Shown piece by piece: positions 35,847 to 45,118 of a stretch of DNA of 64,000 bases (its first letter is position 1; every line of letters starts with the position of its first letter). The notes under the pieces were generated by a model, which worked only from the letters and a program-made list of their open reading frames with translations, did not search any database and was not told the origin of the DNA. This stretch comes from Candidatus Cryptobacteroides sp. (GTDB taxonomy: Bacteria; Bacteroidota; Bacteroidia; Bacteroidales; UBA932): NCBI GenBank assembly GCA_045599665.1, contig JAZRWK010000001.1:225-64224 (forward strand), given 5' to 3'. A program made the position numbers and the translations under genes.

Positions 35847-38180
35847 ATGAAAAGGATACTAGCATCTGTTCTTATGCTCATAGGTGTGGTTGCCTATGCT
35901 CAGCCTGTCAAGGTGACTTTCTATTCGCCTTCGACAGTCAGGATCCAGAAAGCCCCGCAGGGCGGAACATTTTCCGAAAAGGAGAGCCTGTCTGTCATTG
36001 CCTCTCCTGAAAAGGTCCTTCTGAGGACCAAGCAGAGCAAGGACGGCACGGTCTATTCGACCTCGTCTCTTGTAGTGACTGTCTCTAAGGACGGCAATGT
36101 GACTTTTGCTTCAGCAAAGGGCGGCACTCTTCTCAGGGAAGGAAGCTATTCTTTCACCATGAGGACGGAGGGCCTTGACAAGGGCTCGTATATCGTCAAG
36201 CAGACCTATTCGCTTGAACCTGATGAACCTATCTATGGCCTAGGAATCCTCCAGGACGGTCAGCTCAGCCTCAGGGGCAAGAAACGCTACATGCGTCAGG
36301 ACAACACTGAGGACTTCGTGCCTATCATCCAGTCTGTCAAGGGTTATGGCATCCTCTGGGACAACCCTTCGACCACCAACTTCCGTGACAACGCCGAGGA
36401 AGGCTGCGTGTTCGAGTCCGAGGTCGGCGAGCAGGTGGACTACTACTTCATCTATGGCGGAAACGCTGATGGCGTGATCGCAGGCATCCGCTCTCTTACA
36501 GGTACGGTTCCTATGCTTCCGATGTGGAGCTATGGCTTCATGCAGAGCCGCGAGAGATACAAGAGCTCGGCTGAGATCCTCGGAGCCCTCAACGGCTACC
36601 GCGAAAGGGGAGTCCCTATCGACTGCGTCATCCAGGACTGGCAGTACTGGGGCAACAACTACCAGTGGAACGCCATGGAATTCCTCAACGAAGAATTCCG
36701 TCGTCCACAGGCCATGATCGATGAGATCCATCAGAAGAACGCCCACATGCTCATCTCTATCTGGGCGTCGTTCGGTCCTATGACCAAGCCTTTCCGTGAG
36801 CTCGACTCGAAGGGCCTCCTTCTCCATTTCGGAACATGGCCACAGAGCGGCCTGAGTGACTGGCCGCCACGCCGTGACTATCCATCAGGCGTCCTCCCAT
36901 ATGATGCATACAGCTCAGAGGCAAGAGACATCTACTGGAACAATCTTCTCCGTCTTGAGAACATGGGCATCGACGGCTGGTGGATGGACTCTACGGAACC
37001 TGACCATCTTGACTATAAGGACAGCGACCTTGACCAGATGACAGCCATGGGCTCATACAGGTCAGTGCTCAACGCATACCCTCTCCTTTCTGTGGAAGGC
37101 GTTGTCGAGAAGCAGCTCGGCGTTTCGCAGAGAAGGCCTATGATCCTTACGCGTTCTGCGTACGCAGGACAGCAGAGGACAGGTGCCAACACCTGGAGCG
37201 GAGACGTCCAGTCTACCTGGGACGATTTCCGTCACCAGATTCCTGCCGGCCTCGGCTTCACCCTTACCGGCAACCCTAACTTCAATTCTGACATCGGCGG
37301 TTTCTTCCCAAGCGGCTACAACAAGAGGGGCGAGACCCAGACCTGCCACATGAACCCTCTTTTCCAGGAACTCTATGTCCGCTGGCTCCAGTTCGGCCTC
37401 TTCAATCCTATGATGAGAAGCCATGGCGAGAGCTCAAGGCGTGAGATCTGGGAATTCGGCAAGAAGGGCGAGCCTGTCTACGACGCAATCGAGAAGACCA
37501 TCAGGATGAGATACGCTCTCATGCCTTATATCTACAGCACCTCTTGGAAGGTCTCTTCACAGAACGGCAGCTTCATGCGTGCCCTCATGATGGACTTCGC
37601 CAAGGATAAGAACACCTGGAACAACAACTACGAGTTCATGTTCGGCGACGAAATCCTCGTGGCTCCTGTCAGCAAGGCGCTCTACACCCGCGAGGAGAGG
37701 ACATGGTCAGAGGAGAAGGTCGACTGGACCGCTCCTAAGACCTTCGATGTCTATCTTCCTGCAGGCGTGAAGTGGTATGACTGGTGGACCGGAAAGGTCT
37801 ACACCGGCGGCCAGACAGTGGCTGCAGACGCACCTCTCGACCGTTGCCCTGTCTATGTCAAGGCCGGCAGCATCGTTCCTATCGGTCCGGACGTCCAGTA
37901 TGTCAACGAGAAACCATGGGACGACCTCGAGATCCGCGTATATCCTGGTGCGGACGGCAGCTTCACCCTCTACGAGGACGAAGGTGACAACCAGAACTAC
38001 AAGAGCGGCGCATACTCGACCATCAAGTTCACCCTCAAGGGCAGCACCCTCACCATCGGCGCCCGCAGCGGCTCATTCGACGGAATGCTCGCAAACCGCA
38101 CATTCCGCATCGTCGTAGCCGGCAAGGATGGCCAGAAGACCGTCAGCTACAACGGCTCCGCTGTGACTGTGAAGCTTTAA
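35847..38180 (+). CDS. Glycoside hydrolase family 31 (alpha-glucosidase/alpha-xylosidase-like), secreted
   Basis: Signal peptide. Nucleophile region GIDGWWMDSTEPD and acid/base region SDIGGF. Confidence 0.88.
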   Translation: MKRILASVLMLIGVVAYAQPVKVTFYSPSTVRIQKAPQGGTFSEKESLSVIASPEKVLLRTKQSKDGTVYSTSSLVVTVSKDGNVTFASAKGGTLLREGSYSFTMRTEGLDKGSYIVKQTYSLEPDEPIYGLGILQDGQLSLRGKKRYMRQDNTEDFVPIIQSVKGYGILWDNPSTTNFRDNAEEGCVFESEVGEQVDYYFIYGGNADGVIAGIRSLTGTVPMLPMWSYGFMQSRERYKSSAEILGALNGYRERGVPIDCVIQDWQYWGNNYQWNAMEFLNEEFRRPQAMIDEIHQKNAHMLISIWASFGPMTKPFRELDSKGLLLHFGTWPQSGLSDWPPRRDYPSGVLPYDAYSSEARDIYWNNLLRLENMGIDGWWMDSTEPDHLDYKDSDLDQMTAMGSYRSVLNAYPLLSVEGVVEKQLGVSQRRPMILTRSAYAGQQRTGANTWSGDVQSTWDDFRHQIPAGLGFTLTGNPNFNSDIGGFFPSGYNKRGETQTCHMNPLFQELYVRWLQFGLFNPMMRSHGESSRREIWEFGKKGEPVYDAIEKTIRMRYALMPYIYSTSWKVSSQNGSFMRALMMDFAKDKNTWNNNYEFMFGDEILVAPVSKALYTREERTWSEEKVDWTAPKTFDVYLPAGVKWYDWWTGKVYTGGQTVAADAPLDRCPVYVKAGSIVPIGPDVQYVNEKPWDDLEIRVYPGADGSFTLYEDEGDNQNYKSGAYSTIKFTLKGSTLTIGARSGSFDGMLANRTFRIVVAGKDGQKTVSYNGSAVTVKL

Positions 38181-38205
38181 TTGGCTGATTATTAGTGTTT
38201 TATAC

Positions 38206-38245
38206 ATTTCCCTGTGGGGCGAATCGCACTACAGGGAAATTTTTA
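38206..38245 (+). terminator. Intrinsic terminator after the GH31 gene
   Basis: 10-bp stem ATTTCCCTGT / ACAGGGAAAT followed by TTTTT. Confidence 0.65.
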
Positions 38246-38271
38246 TATGCCTGATAGCCAGGTATATAAAC

Positions 38272-38298
38272 AAAAAAACTCCGATGCGTCCATCGAAG
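38272..38298 (-). terminator. Intrinsic terminator of the tRNA-Gln/tRNA-Met unit
   Basis: On the minus strand: CTTCGATG-GACG-CATCGGAG followed by TTTTTTT. Confidence 0.6.
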
Positions 38299-38345
38299 TT
38301 CTGCGTGGCAGGTCCTATCCTGCCGATATATAGTGTTGTAATTTG

Positions 38346-38419
38346 TAGCGGGAGTGGGTCACGATCCCACGACCTCCGGATTATGAATCCGACGCTCTAA
38401 CCAGCTGAGCTACCCCGCC
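38346..38419 (-). tRNA. tRNA with CAT anticodon (elongator Met or Ile2), atypical T-loop
   Basis: Minus strand GGCGGGGTAGCTCAGCTGGTTAGAGCGTCGGATTCATAATCCGGAGGTCGTGGGATCGTGACCCACTCCCGCTA. It folds as a cloverleaf. It lacks the three G-C pairs of initiator anticodon stems. The T-loop is ATCGTGA. Confidence 0.82.
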
Positions 38420-38490
38420 ATCATGTCTTTGTCAGGCAAATGCCTTTCATTAAAAAAGCACGGACTGCTTGATGGCAAAAACCCGTGCCT

Positions 38491-38564
38491 TGGTTGAGAT
38501 AGAAGGACTCGAACCCTCACTGACAGAGCCAGAATCTGTAGTGCTACCATTACACCATATCTCA
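38491..38564 (-). tRNA. tRNA-Gln (anticodon CTG), CCA encoded
   Basis: Minus strand TGAGATATGGTGTAATGGTAGCACTACAGATTCTGGCTCTGTCAGTGAGGGTTCGAGTCCTTCTATCTCAACCA, with U1:A72 and anticodon loop TTCTGGC. Confidence 0.9.
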
Positions 38565-38594
38565 ATGCTCCGACATTCTTTTGGAATGGGACTG

Positions 38595-38602
38595 CAAATC
38601 TA
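38595..38602 (-). promoter_or_regulatory. Candidate promoter for tRNA-Gln/tRNA-Met (-7 TAGATTTG with TTTG 19 nt upstream)
   Basis: Exact TAnnTTTG on the minus strand about 30 nt upstream of the tRNA-Gln 5' end. A -33-like TTTG sits at the consensus spacing. Confidence 0.45.
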
Positions 38603-38685
38603 CAACAGTTTTGTCAATTTGCAAAGTTTTTATAATATTTTTTAGATTTTTTCAAGGATTTCTCCCAAAACCGAAGGGGGACGGA

Positions 38686-39186
38686 CTATTTTCTGTAGAT
38701 CAGAGCTGTCGCCCATACCTGGCAACCTTCGCAACGTCCGACGAATCCCATCTTCTCGGTTGTCGTCGCCTTGATCGAAACGCAGTCGCATGGGATGCCC
38801 ATCACCTTGGCGAGAGTCTCGCGCATCAGTGGGACGTAAGAGGCGATCTTCGGCTTCTGTAGGGCTATGGTTATGTCGCAGTTGCCGACTGCCCATCCTT
38901 TTTCGGAAATCAGTCCGACGACGCGTCCAAGCAGTATCTTGCTGTCTATGCCCTTGAACTCGTCGGAGTTGTCGGGAAAATGATGTCCTATGTCTCCGAG
39001 TGCAAGGCATCCCAGCAGCGCGTCGCACAGGGCGTGGATCGCCACGTCTCCGTCTGAATGTGCCACGAAACCCACTGGAGCGTCGATCGCGACACCGCCT
39101 AACCACATCTTGATTCCCTCGCCGAGAGGGTGGACATCATACCCGTTGCCGACTCTGAAAGGGCATCCTTTGAAACCGTCGTTCAT
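38686..39186 (-). CDS. ispF: 2-C-methyl-D-erythritol 2,4-cyclodiphosphate synthase
   Basis: GNGYDVHPL and HSDGDVAIHALCDALLG motifs. Confidence 0.92.
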   Translation of the reverse strand: MNDGFKGCPFRVGNGYDVHPLGEGIKMWLGGVAIDAPVGFVAHSDGDVAIHALCDALLGCLALGDIGHHFPDNSDEFKGIDSKILLGRVVGLISEKGWAVGNCDITIALQKPKIASYVPLMRETLAKVMGIPCDCVSIKATTTEKMGFVGRCEGCQVWATALIYRK

Positions 39187-39259
39187 CCTGTAGAAATTAC
39201 TTTTTACAAAAGTAAAGAAAATTAGTTAAATTTGTTCTTTAAGACTAAAAGACAAGACT

Positions 39260-39559
39260 ATGGCATCATTCGGATGGTTCGGAGAACAGGAACACAAAGT
39301 GTTCAATTATAAGCCTATCTATTTCGATCAGGAAGAGGAGGAACGTCGCCGCAGATTCGGCAGGGTTGATGGTACCATGAACAAGAAGGATGCAGACGGA
39401 AACGACGCCCCAGGCTCGTCGATCCAGGGTGCGTTCCGCAACGGTAACTACGCAAAGCGCAGAGGCGGTACCAAGGCTCAGTCGATAATCGGTCTGATAG
39501 GCCTTATCCTGGCATGCATCGTGCTCTTCCAGATGGCAAAGTTCTATACACTCCTGTAG
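39260..39559 (+). CDS. Small hypothetical protein with C-terminal TM anchor
   Basis: 99 aa with a charged N-terminal part (..DQEEEERRRRFG..) and a single C-terminal hydrophobic helix SIIGLIGLILACIVLF. 10-nt gap to mutL. Confidence 0.5.
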   Translation: MASFGWFGEQEHKVFNYKPIYFDQEEEERRRRFGRVDGTMNKKDADGNDAPGSSIQGAFRNGNYAKRRGGTKAQSIIGLIGLILACIVLFQMAKFYTLL

Positions 39560-39569
39560 CCGCTTCATT

Positions 39570-41423
39570 ATGGATATCCGTATACTCCCCAGCAACATTG
39601 CCAATCTCATTGCCGCCGGCGAAGTCGTCCTGCGGCCAGCTTCCGTTGTGAAGGAGCTTATGGAAAACGCCGTCGACGCCGGCTCCACACAGGTTTCTGT
39701 CATCATCAAGGATTCCGGAAGGACTCTCATCCAGGTGATTGACAACGGCTGCGGAATGGATCCGGACTCGGCTGTAGTCTGCTTCGAGAGACATGCTACA
39801 TCAAAGCTCCATAGCGCCGAGGACCTCAACAATATCTGCACCTTCGGTTTCCGTGGCGAGGCTCTGGCTTCGATCGCTGCCGTATCGGAAGTCACTTTGA
39901 GGACAAGACGCGAGGAAGACGTCGTAGGCTGTGAGGTGTCTTTCGCTGATTCCCAGCATCTTTCGACCGTCGAGACATCCTGCCCGACCGGTTCCAATTT
40001 CTCGGTCAGGAACCTTTTCTACAACGTGCCGGCACGAAGGAAATTCCTCAAGTCCGACAACGTTGAGTTCAAGCATATCATAGAGGAGTTCACAAGGGTT
40101 GCCCTGACGCGCCCCGATATCGGATTCTCTCTCAACCACAACGGCAAGGACATCTATGTCCTCCGTCCTGCAAAGGGCCAGAAATTCAGAATCCAGGACC
40201 TCCTCGGCAACTCAGCCGTCGATGCAGTGGTCGACATTGCAGCTGAAACCTCTGTAGTGGACGTCTCCGGCTACGTCTGCCGCCCTGACCTTGCCCGTAA
40301 GACGACCGGCAACCAGTTCTTCTTCGTCAACGGCAGATATTTCCGCAGCCCGTATCTCCACAAGGCGGTCATGAAGGCGTACGAAGGCCTCGTGGCCGAC
40401 GGCGCTGTCCCTTCGTACTTCATCTTCCTGAACGCAGACCCACATACGATCGACGTCAACATCCATCCAGCCAAGACCGAGATCAAGTTCGAGGACGAGT
40501 CAGTGATATTCCAGGTGGTCTATGCCTGCATACATGAGGCTCTCGGCCGCAATTCATTCGGTACGGCACTCGATTTCGACACTGCCGGCGCACCCGAGAT
40601 TCCGGCTTTCGGCCGCTCGTTCGAGCAGTTCCATCCGACTGTCGAGGCTCCCCTTGAGTCTCTGGATCCGACCTACAATCCTTTCGACGAACCCTCAGGC
40701 CAGCAGGCCTATGACCATGGTACCACGATCGAAGGGTTCGGTGCGTCTGCCGGAGCAGGGTACCATGGGCAAGGCAGCCAAGGCGCTTTCGCACAGTACG
40801 GCTCATACATCAGCAGGCACGAGGACTATGGCAAGCTCTTCGAGGACCGCTCCCTCGCAAGCTCAGCGAACATAATCGTCGACGGCCGCTACATTGTCTC
40901 CAGGGCCAAGTCAGGACTGATGGTGATCCATATCCAGAGGGCGCGCGAGAGAGTGCTCTACGAGCGTTTCCTCAAAGCTATAACAGCGAACGGACATGTG
41001 TCCCAGGCGGCTCTGTTCCCGGTGCAGGTGATGGTAGGCGCGCAGAACCGTCTCGTGTTCGACGAGCACAAGGCTCTGCTGGAGTCTCTCGGCTTCGACA
41101 TCTCCGCTTTCGGCAATGACACTATAGTCGTAAACGGTGTCCCAGAAGGTTTCTCGTGCGATCCGGTCAAAGTCGAGGCCCTGATGGCCGACGTCCTGAT
41201 CGCCCTCGACGAGGACCACAGCTCCCTTCCCGGGGTCATGGAATCTTCAATGGCAGCGAAGTTCGCGAGGATGGGCGCAGCATCCGGCAGGGCACTTACT
41301 TCCCAGTCCGAGGCTCAGGGCCTGATAGACTCACTGTTCGCTTGCGAGGATCCGGAGCATACCAGCAGCGGACATAAGATTATGAACATCATCCCTGTGG
41401 ATGACCTAGACAAGAAATTCTGA
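39570..41423 (+). CDS. mutL: DNA mismatch repair protein MutL
   Basis: GHKL ATPase motifs IAAGEVVLRPASVVKELMENAVDAG and DNGCGM. Confidence 0.93.
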   Translation: MDIRILPSNIANLIAAGEVVLRPASVVKELMENAVDAGSTQVSVIIKDSGRTLIQVIDNGCGMDPDSAVVCFERHATSKLHSAEDLNNICTFGFRGEALASIAAVSEVTLRTRREEDVVGCEVSFADSQHLSTVETSCPTGSNFSVRNLFYNVPARRKFLKSDNVEFKHIIEEFTRVALTRPDIGFSLNHNGKDIYVLRPAKGQKFRIQDLLGNSAVDAVVDIAAETSVVDVSGYVCRPDLARKTTGNQFFFVNGRYFRSPYLHKAVMKAYEGLVADGAVPSYFIFLNADPHTIDVNIHPAKTEIKFEDESVIFQVVYACIHEALGRNSFGTALDFDTAGAPEIPAFGRSFEQFHPTVEAPLESLDPTYNPFDEPSGQQAYDHGTTIEGFGASAGAGYHGQGSQGAFAQYGSYISRHEDYGKLFEDRSLASSANIIVDGRYIVSRAKSGLMVIHIQRARERVLYERFLKAITANGHVSQAALFPVQVMVGAQNRLVFDEHKALLESLGFDISAFGNDTIVVNGVPEGFSCDPVKVEALMADVLIALDEDHSSLPGVMESSMAAKFARMGAASGRALTSQSEAQGLIDSLFACEDPEHTSSGHKIMNIIPVDDLDKKF

Positions 41424-42118
41424 TGGCATACTATAGCTACACACCTGACAGAGGAGGATTCCTTTCAAACATGCCTCCTGTCACAAAGAACCTTTTCATC
41501 ATCAATGTGCTGATGTTCATCTTCACGATGGTGAACGAGGAATTCATGATATCAGTATTCGCGATGTTCTATCCGGCTTCGCGCTTCTTCCATTTCTGGC
41601 AGCCGCTCACCCACATGTTCATGCACGGAGGATGGATGCACATCTTCTTCAACATGTACGCCCTTGTGATGTTCGGAACAGTCGTGGAGAGGTCGCTCGG
41701 CTCCAAGAAATTCCTGGTATTCTACTTCGTGACGGGACTTGGAGCTGTTGCTCTCCATACGGGAGTCCAGTTCCTCCAGGCTCAGTATTTCCTGTCCGAC
41801 ATCAACCAGAACCTGGTCGCTTACCGGGATATGCTCAGGACTCCGACCCTCGGTGCCTCAGGAGCGATCTTCGGTCTTCTTGTCGGCTTCGCGATGCTTT
41901 ATCCTGAATCTATCCTGACACTCATATTCCCTCCAGTCTCACTCAAGGCCAAGTGGTTCGTGCTTATCTACTGCGCGATCGAGCTCCTGCTTGGAGTCAG
42001 AGGCGTGACAGACGGCGTAGCACATTTTGCGCATCTGGGAGGAGCCCTCTTCGGATGGCTGCTGATCCTCTGGTGGAAAAAGACAGGAAGGTACTACGAA
42101 AGAGATAACTGGTTCTAG
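41423..42118 (+). CDS. Rhomboid-family intramembrane serine protease
   Basis: HMFMHGGWMHIFFNM and catalytic GASGAIFGL motifs, plus a second His in AHLGG. Confidence 0.85.
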   Translation: MAYYSYTPDRGGFLSNMPPVTKNLFIINVLMFIFTMVNEEFMISVFAMFYPASRFFHFWQPLTHMFMHGGWMHIFFNMYALVMFGTVVERSLGSKKFLVFYFVTGLGAVALHTGVQFLQAQYFLSDINQNLVAYRDMLRTPTLGASGAIFGLLVGFAMLYPESILTLIFPPVSLKAKWFVLIYCAIELLLGVRGVTDGVAHFAHLGGALFGWLLILWWKKTGRYYERDNWF

Positions 42119-42120
42119 GA

Positions 42121-43248
42121 ATGACTGATCCGAGGGCATTGCTGAAGTCGCGTCAGAAAAAGGCGTCGAAGGGAAAGAAGAGGGGAACGACCTTCTTCGG
42201 AATCACTGCGCGCACTTTGATGATGGCAGCCGCCGGCCTTCTCGTCCTCACCTACCTTTCAGTATTCTTCAATCCAGCCAAGGCCTGGGTGATGACAATC
42301 GTCGGTCTGGCATTCGCACCGGCAGCTGCATTGAACCTGTTTCTTCTGCTCTGGTCCGTGGCACGCCGCTCAAAGGCCGTCCTCATCCCGCTGATAGCAC
42401 TCCTGCCGTCGCTTATCGTCATCGGAAGATACTACCAGTTCAAGGAAGGTGGCGCAGAGGACAATGGCAACGCCGTGACTGTCGTTTCCTATAATGTCGG
42501 CCGTTTCGCTTCGGCTGCCAAGAGGCTCGGTGTGAAGGACCAGCAGGAATGCGCCGATTCTGTGGTGAAATATCTCAAGAGCCTGGATGCGGACATCATC
42601 TGCCTTCAGGAATTCTATATGAAGGACGTGAACAAGGTCAAGAGCTACATGAGGGAGAACTTCAAGGGCTACGAGGCTGAATATTATGTCTACCCTGACT
42701 CCAAGGGCTGCTATGGTAACGTCACCTTGAGCCGTTACCATATCCAGAACAAGGGCACCCTCGATTTCGACGAGAGCGCGAACCTCGCGATATCATGCGA
42801 CTGCACGATCAATGGCACGAAGATGAGGATATACAACTGCCATTTCCAGAGCTACAGCATATCTCTCTCACACATAGTGAAGAATATCCGTGGCAACTAC
42901 AAGGAGACGGTGAAATATGCCGAGGACAAGCTCCGGTATTCGATCGCTCTCAGGCCGAAGCAGGTCGACCTGGTGATGGACAACATCGAGGAATGTCCTG
43001 TCGAGTCGATCGTCGTGGGAGACTTCAACGACAATCCTACTTCCTACACATACCATCGTCTCTGCCGTGGAAGGAAAGATACCTTCGTCGAGGCGGGAAA
43101 GGGCTCAGGCGCTACCTATGCCTTTCTGTTCCCGTTCCTCAGGCTCGACTACATACTCTATCCCAAGGGATGCTCTGCGGTCAGCCACAAGATAGACAAG
43201 GTCCGCTGGTCGGACCACTATCCGATAATCTCGAAAATCAATATCTAA
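42121..43248 (+). CDS. Endonuclease/exonuclease/phosphatase (EEP) family protein with N-terminal TM segments
   Basis: Motifs VVSYNV, CLQEF, VVGDFND and WSDHYPI after about 100 aa of TM helices. Confidence 0.8.
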   Translation: MTDPRALLKSRQKKASKGKKRGTTFFGITARTLMMAAAGLLVLTYLSVFFNPAKAWVMTIVGLAFAPAAALNLFLLLWSVARRSKAVLIPLIALLPSLIVIGRYYQFKEGGAEDNGNAVTVVSYNVGRFASAAKRLGVKDQQECADSVVKYLKSLDADIICLQEFYMKDVNKVKSYMRENFKGYEAEYYVYPDSKGCYGNVTLSRYHIQNKGTLDFDESANLAISCDCTINGTKMRIYNCHFQSYSISLSHIVKNIRGNYKETVKYAEDKLRYSIALRPKQVDLVMDNIEECPVESIVVGDFNDNPTSYTYHRLCRGRKDTFVEAGKGSGATYAFLFPFLRLDYILYPKGCSAVSHKIDKVRWSDHYPIISKINI

Positions 43249-43251
43249 GAT

Positions 43252-43875
43252 ATGAGAAAACCTGTCAACGAAATCCTTGCCGAAGCGGTCAAGGTGCTCA
43301 GGGAAGGAGGAATCATCCTCTATCCTACCGACACAATCTGGGGCATAGGCTGTGACGCCACCAATCCGGAGGCCGTAGCCAAGGTCTATGAGATAAAGAA
43401 ACGCTCAGACAGCAAGTCGCTGGTGCTTCTGGCAGACAGCCTTGACATGGTCGGTAAATATGTCAAGGAGATTCCGGACATCGCCATCCAGCTTGTCGAG
43501 GTCAATGACAAGCCTATGACCCTTATCTATCCAGGTGCCTTCGCAGGAAAGAAGCCTGCCGAAGGAGAAAAGGCTGTCGCAGACAGGCACTATCTGGCAT
43601 GGAACGCAGTCGCAGAGGACGGTACCGTCGGCATCAGGGTCCCTCTGATGGAATTCTGCAGGAACCTCTGCTACAAGCTCGGCAGACCTGTCGTCTCGAC
43701 CTCTGCCAACATCTCAGGAGAGCCTTCCCCACAGGCGTTCAGCGACATCCCTGAGGAAATCGTGAAGGCTGTGGACTATGTAGTGGAGCCATATCTTGAG
43801 AAAGAGTCGACCGGCAGCGCATCTCAGATCATGAAGGTCGGTCTCCGCGGCGAAATCGAGATTATCAGAAGCTAG
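43252..43875 (+). CDS. tsaC: L-threonylcarbamoyladenylate synthase (TsaC/YrdC family)
   Basis: Motifs YPTDTIWGIGCDA and STSANISGEPS. Confidence 0.85.
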   Translation: MRKPVNEILAEAVKVLREGGIILYPTDTIWGIGCDATNPEAVAKVYEIKKRSDSKSLVLLADSLDMVGKYVKEIPDIAIQLVEVNDKPMTLIYPGAFAGKKPAEGEKAVADRHYLAWNAVAEDGTVGIRVPLMEFCRNLCYKLGRPVVSTSANISGEPSPQAFSDIPEEIVKAVDYVVEPYLEKESTGSASQIMKVGLRGEIEIIRS

Positions 43876-43879
43876 GACC

Positions 43880-44596
43880 ATGGAGATTTTCTACGCCAGT
43901 GAAGTCAGCGGCAGTCTCTGCATCCTCGATGCCGAGGAGAGTGCCCATGCCGTGAAAGTGCTCAGGCATCGCACCGGCGATGAGATATGCACGATCGACG
44001 GAGAAGGTACCATGTACCGTTGCCGCCTTGTCGACGACTCTCCGAAAGGGGCGTCTGCGACTATCGAGGAAAGCTTTCCTCAGTGGGGCTCGCATCCGTA
44101 CGACCTGACCCTCGCGGTCTGCCCGACCAAGAACAATGACCGTTTCGAGTGGTTCGCGGAGAAGGCGACCGAGGTCGGAGTGGATACCATCGTGCCAGTG
44201 ATAGGCGATCGTTCGGAGCGCAAGGTCTATAAGACCGAGAGGCTCCGCAAGATAGTGCTCTCGGCTACCAAGCAGTCCCTGAAGGCAAAGCTTGCCGTGG
44301 CGGAGGAACCCCTCAGCGTCAGGCAGTTCATCAAGGTCGCCCCGGCAGAGGCTCTCAAGCTGATCGCGTACTGCTTCGAGGGAGAGCAGGAGAAGGTGAC
44401 CATCAAGTCGGCCCTGGAAGGATACGAAGGCAGCAGGATAATCGTAATGATCGGTCCTGAGGGCGATTTCTCACCTGAGGAGGCCCGTCTGGCGATAGAG
44501 AACGGATTCATTCCGGTAAGTCTTGGAAACTCAAGGCTGCGTACCGAGACAGCGGGCGTCACCGCAGCAGAGGCAGTCTATTTCAGATATATGTAG
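43880..44596 (+). CDS. rsmE: 16S rRNA (uracil1498-N3)-methyltransferase
   Basis: PUA-like N-terminus and SPOUT C-terminus with IGPEGDFSPEE. Confidence 0.85.
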   Translation: MEIFYASEVSGSLCILDAEESAHAVKVLRHRTGDEICTIDGEGTMYRCRLVDDSPKGASATIEESFPQWGSHPYDLTLAVCPTKNNDRFEWFAEKATEVGVDTIVPVIGDRSERKVYKTERLRKIVLSATKQSLKAKLAVAEEPLSVRQFIKVAPAEALKLIAYCFEGEQEKVTIKSALEGYEGSRIIVMIGPEGDFSPEEARLAIENGFIPVSLGNSRLRTETAGVTAAEAVYFRYM

Positions 44597-44599
44597 ATT

Positions 44600-45091
44600 A
44601 TGTACATCGGAGTCATTTCAGATACCCACGGGGTGTTCAGCGACGAGTTCAAGGAGTTCTTCGAACCGGTCGACGAAATCTGGCACGCAGGCGATTTCGG
44701 AGGCAACATAGACTTTGTCCACCAGATATCGGCATTCAAGCCGCTGGTCGGGGTCTATGGCAACTGCGACGCGCAGGAAATACGCTTCGAATGTCCTCTG
44801 GTCCAGCTTTTCAACTGTGAGGACCTGAAGGTCCTGATGACCCATATCGGTGGCTATCCGGGAAAATATCCGCTCAATGTAAGGGCTATGATAGACGCCC
44901 ACCATCCGGATATCTTCGTCTGCGGCCACTCGCACATACTCAAGGTGATGAACGACAGGGAACACAATCTCCTTGCGATCAATCCCGGTGCCGCCGGCCT
45001 CCAGGGCTGGCAGATCGAAAGGACCGCGCTGAGGTTCCATGTTGACGGGAAGGACATACACGACATGGAAGTCTTCAGGCTTCCGCGTTAG
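44600..45091 (+). CDS. YfcE/MJ0936-family metallophosphoesterase
   Basis: ISDTHG, AGDFGG, GNCD and CGHSH motifs. Confidence 0.85.
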   Translation: MYIGVISDTHGVFSDEFKEFFEPVDEIWHAGDFGGNIDFVHQISAFKPLVGVYGNCDAQEIRFECPLVQLFNCEDLKVLMTHIGGYPGKYPLNVRAMIDAHHPDIFVCGHSHILKVMNDREHNLLAINPGAAGLQGWQIERTALRFHVDGKDIHDMEVFRLPR

Positions 45092-45118
45092 GTATCAATG
45101 TCTAAAAGATGATATGCT

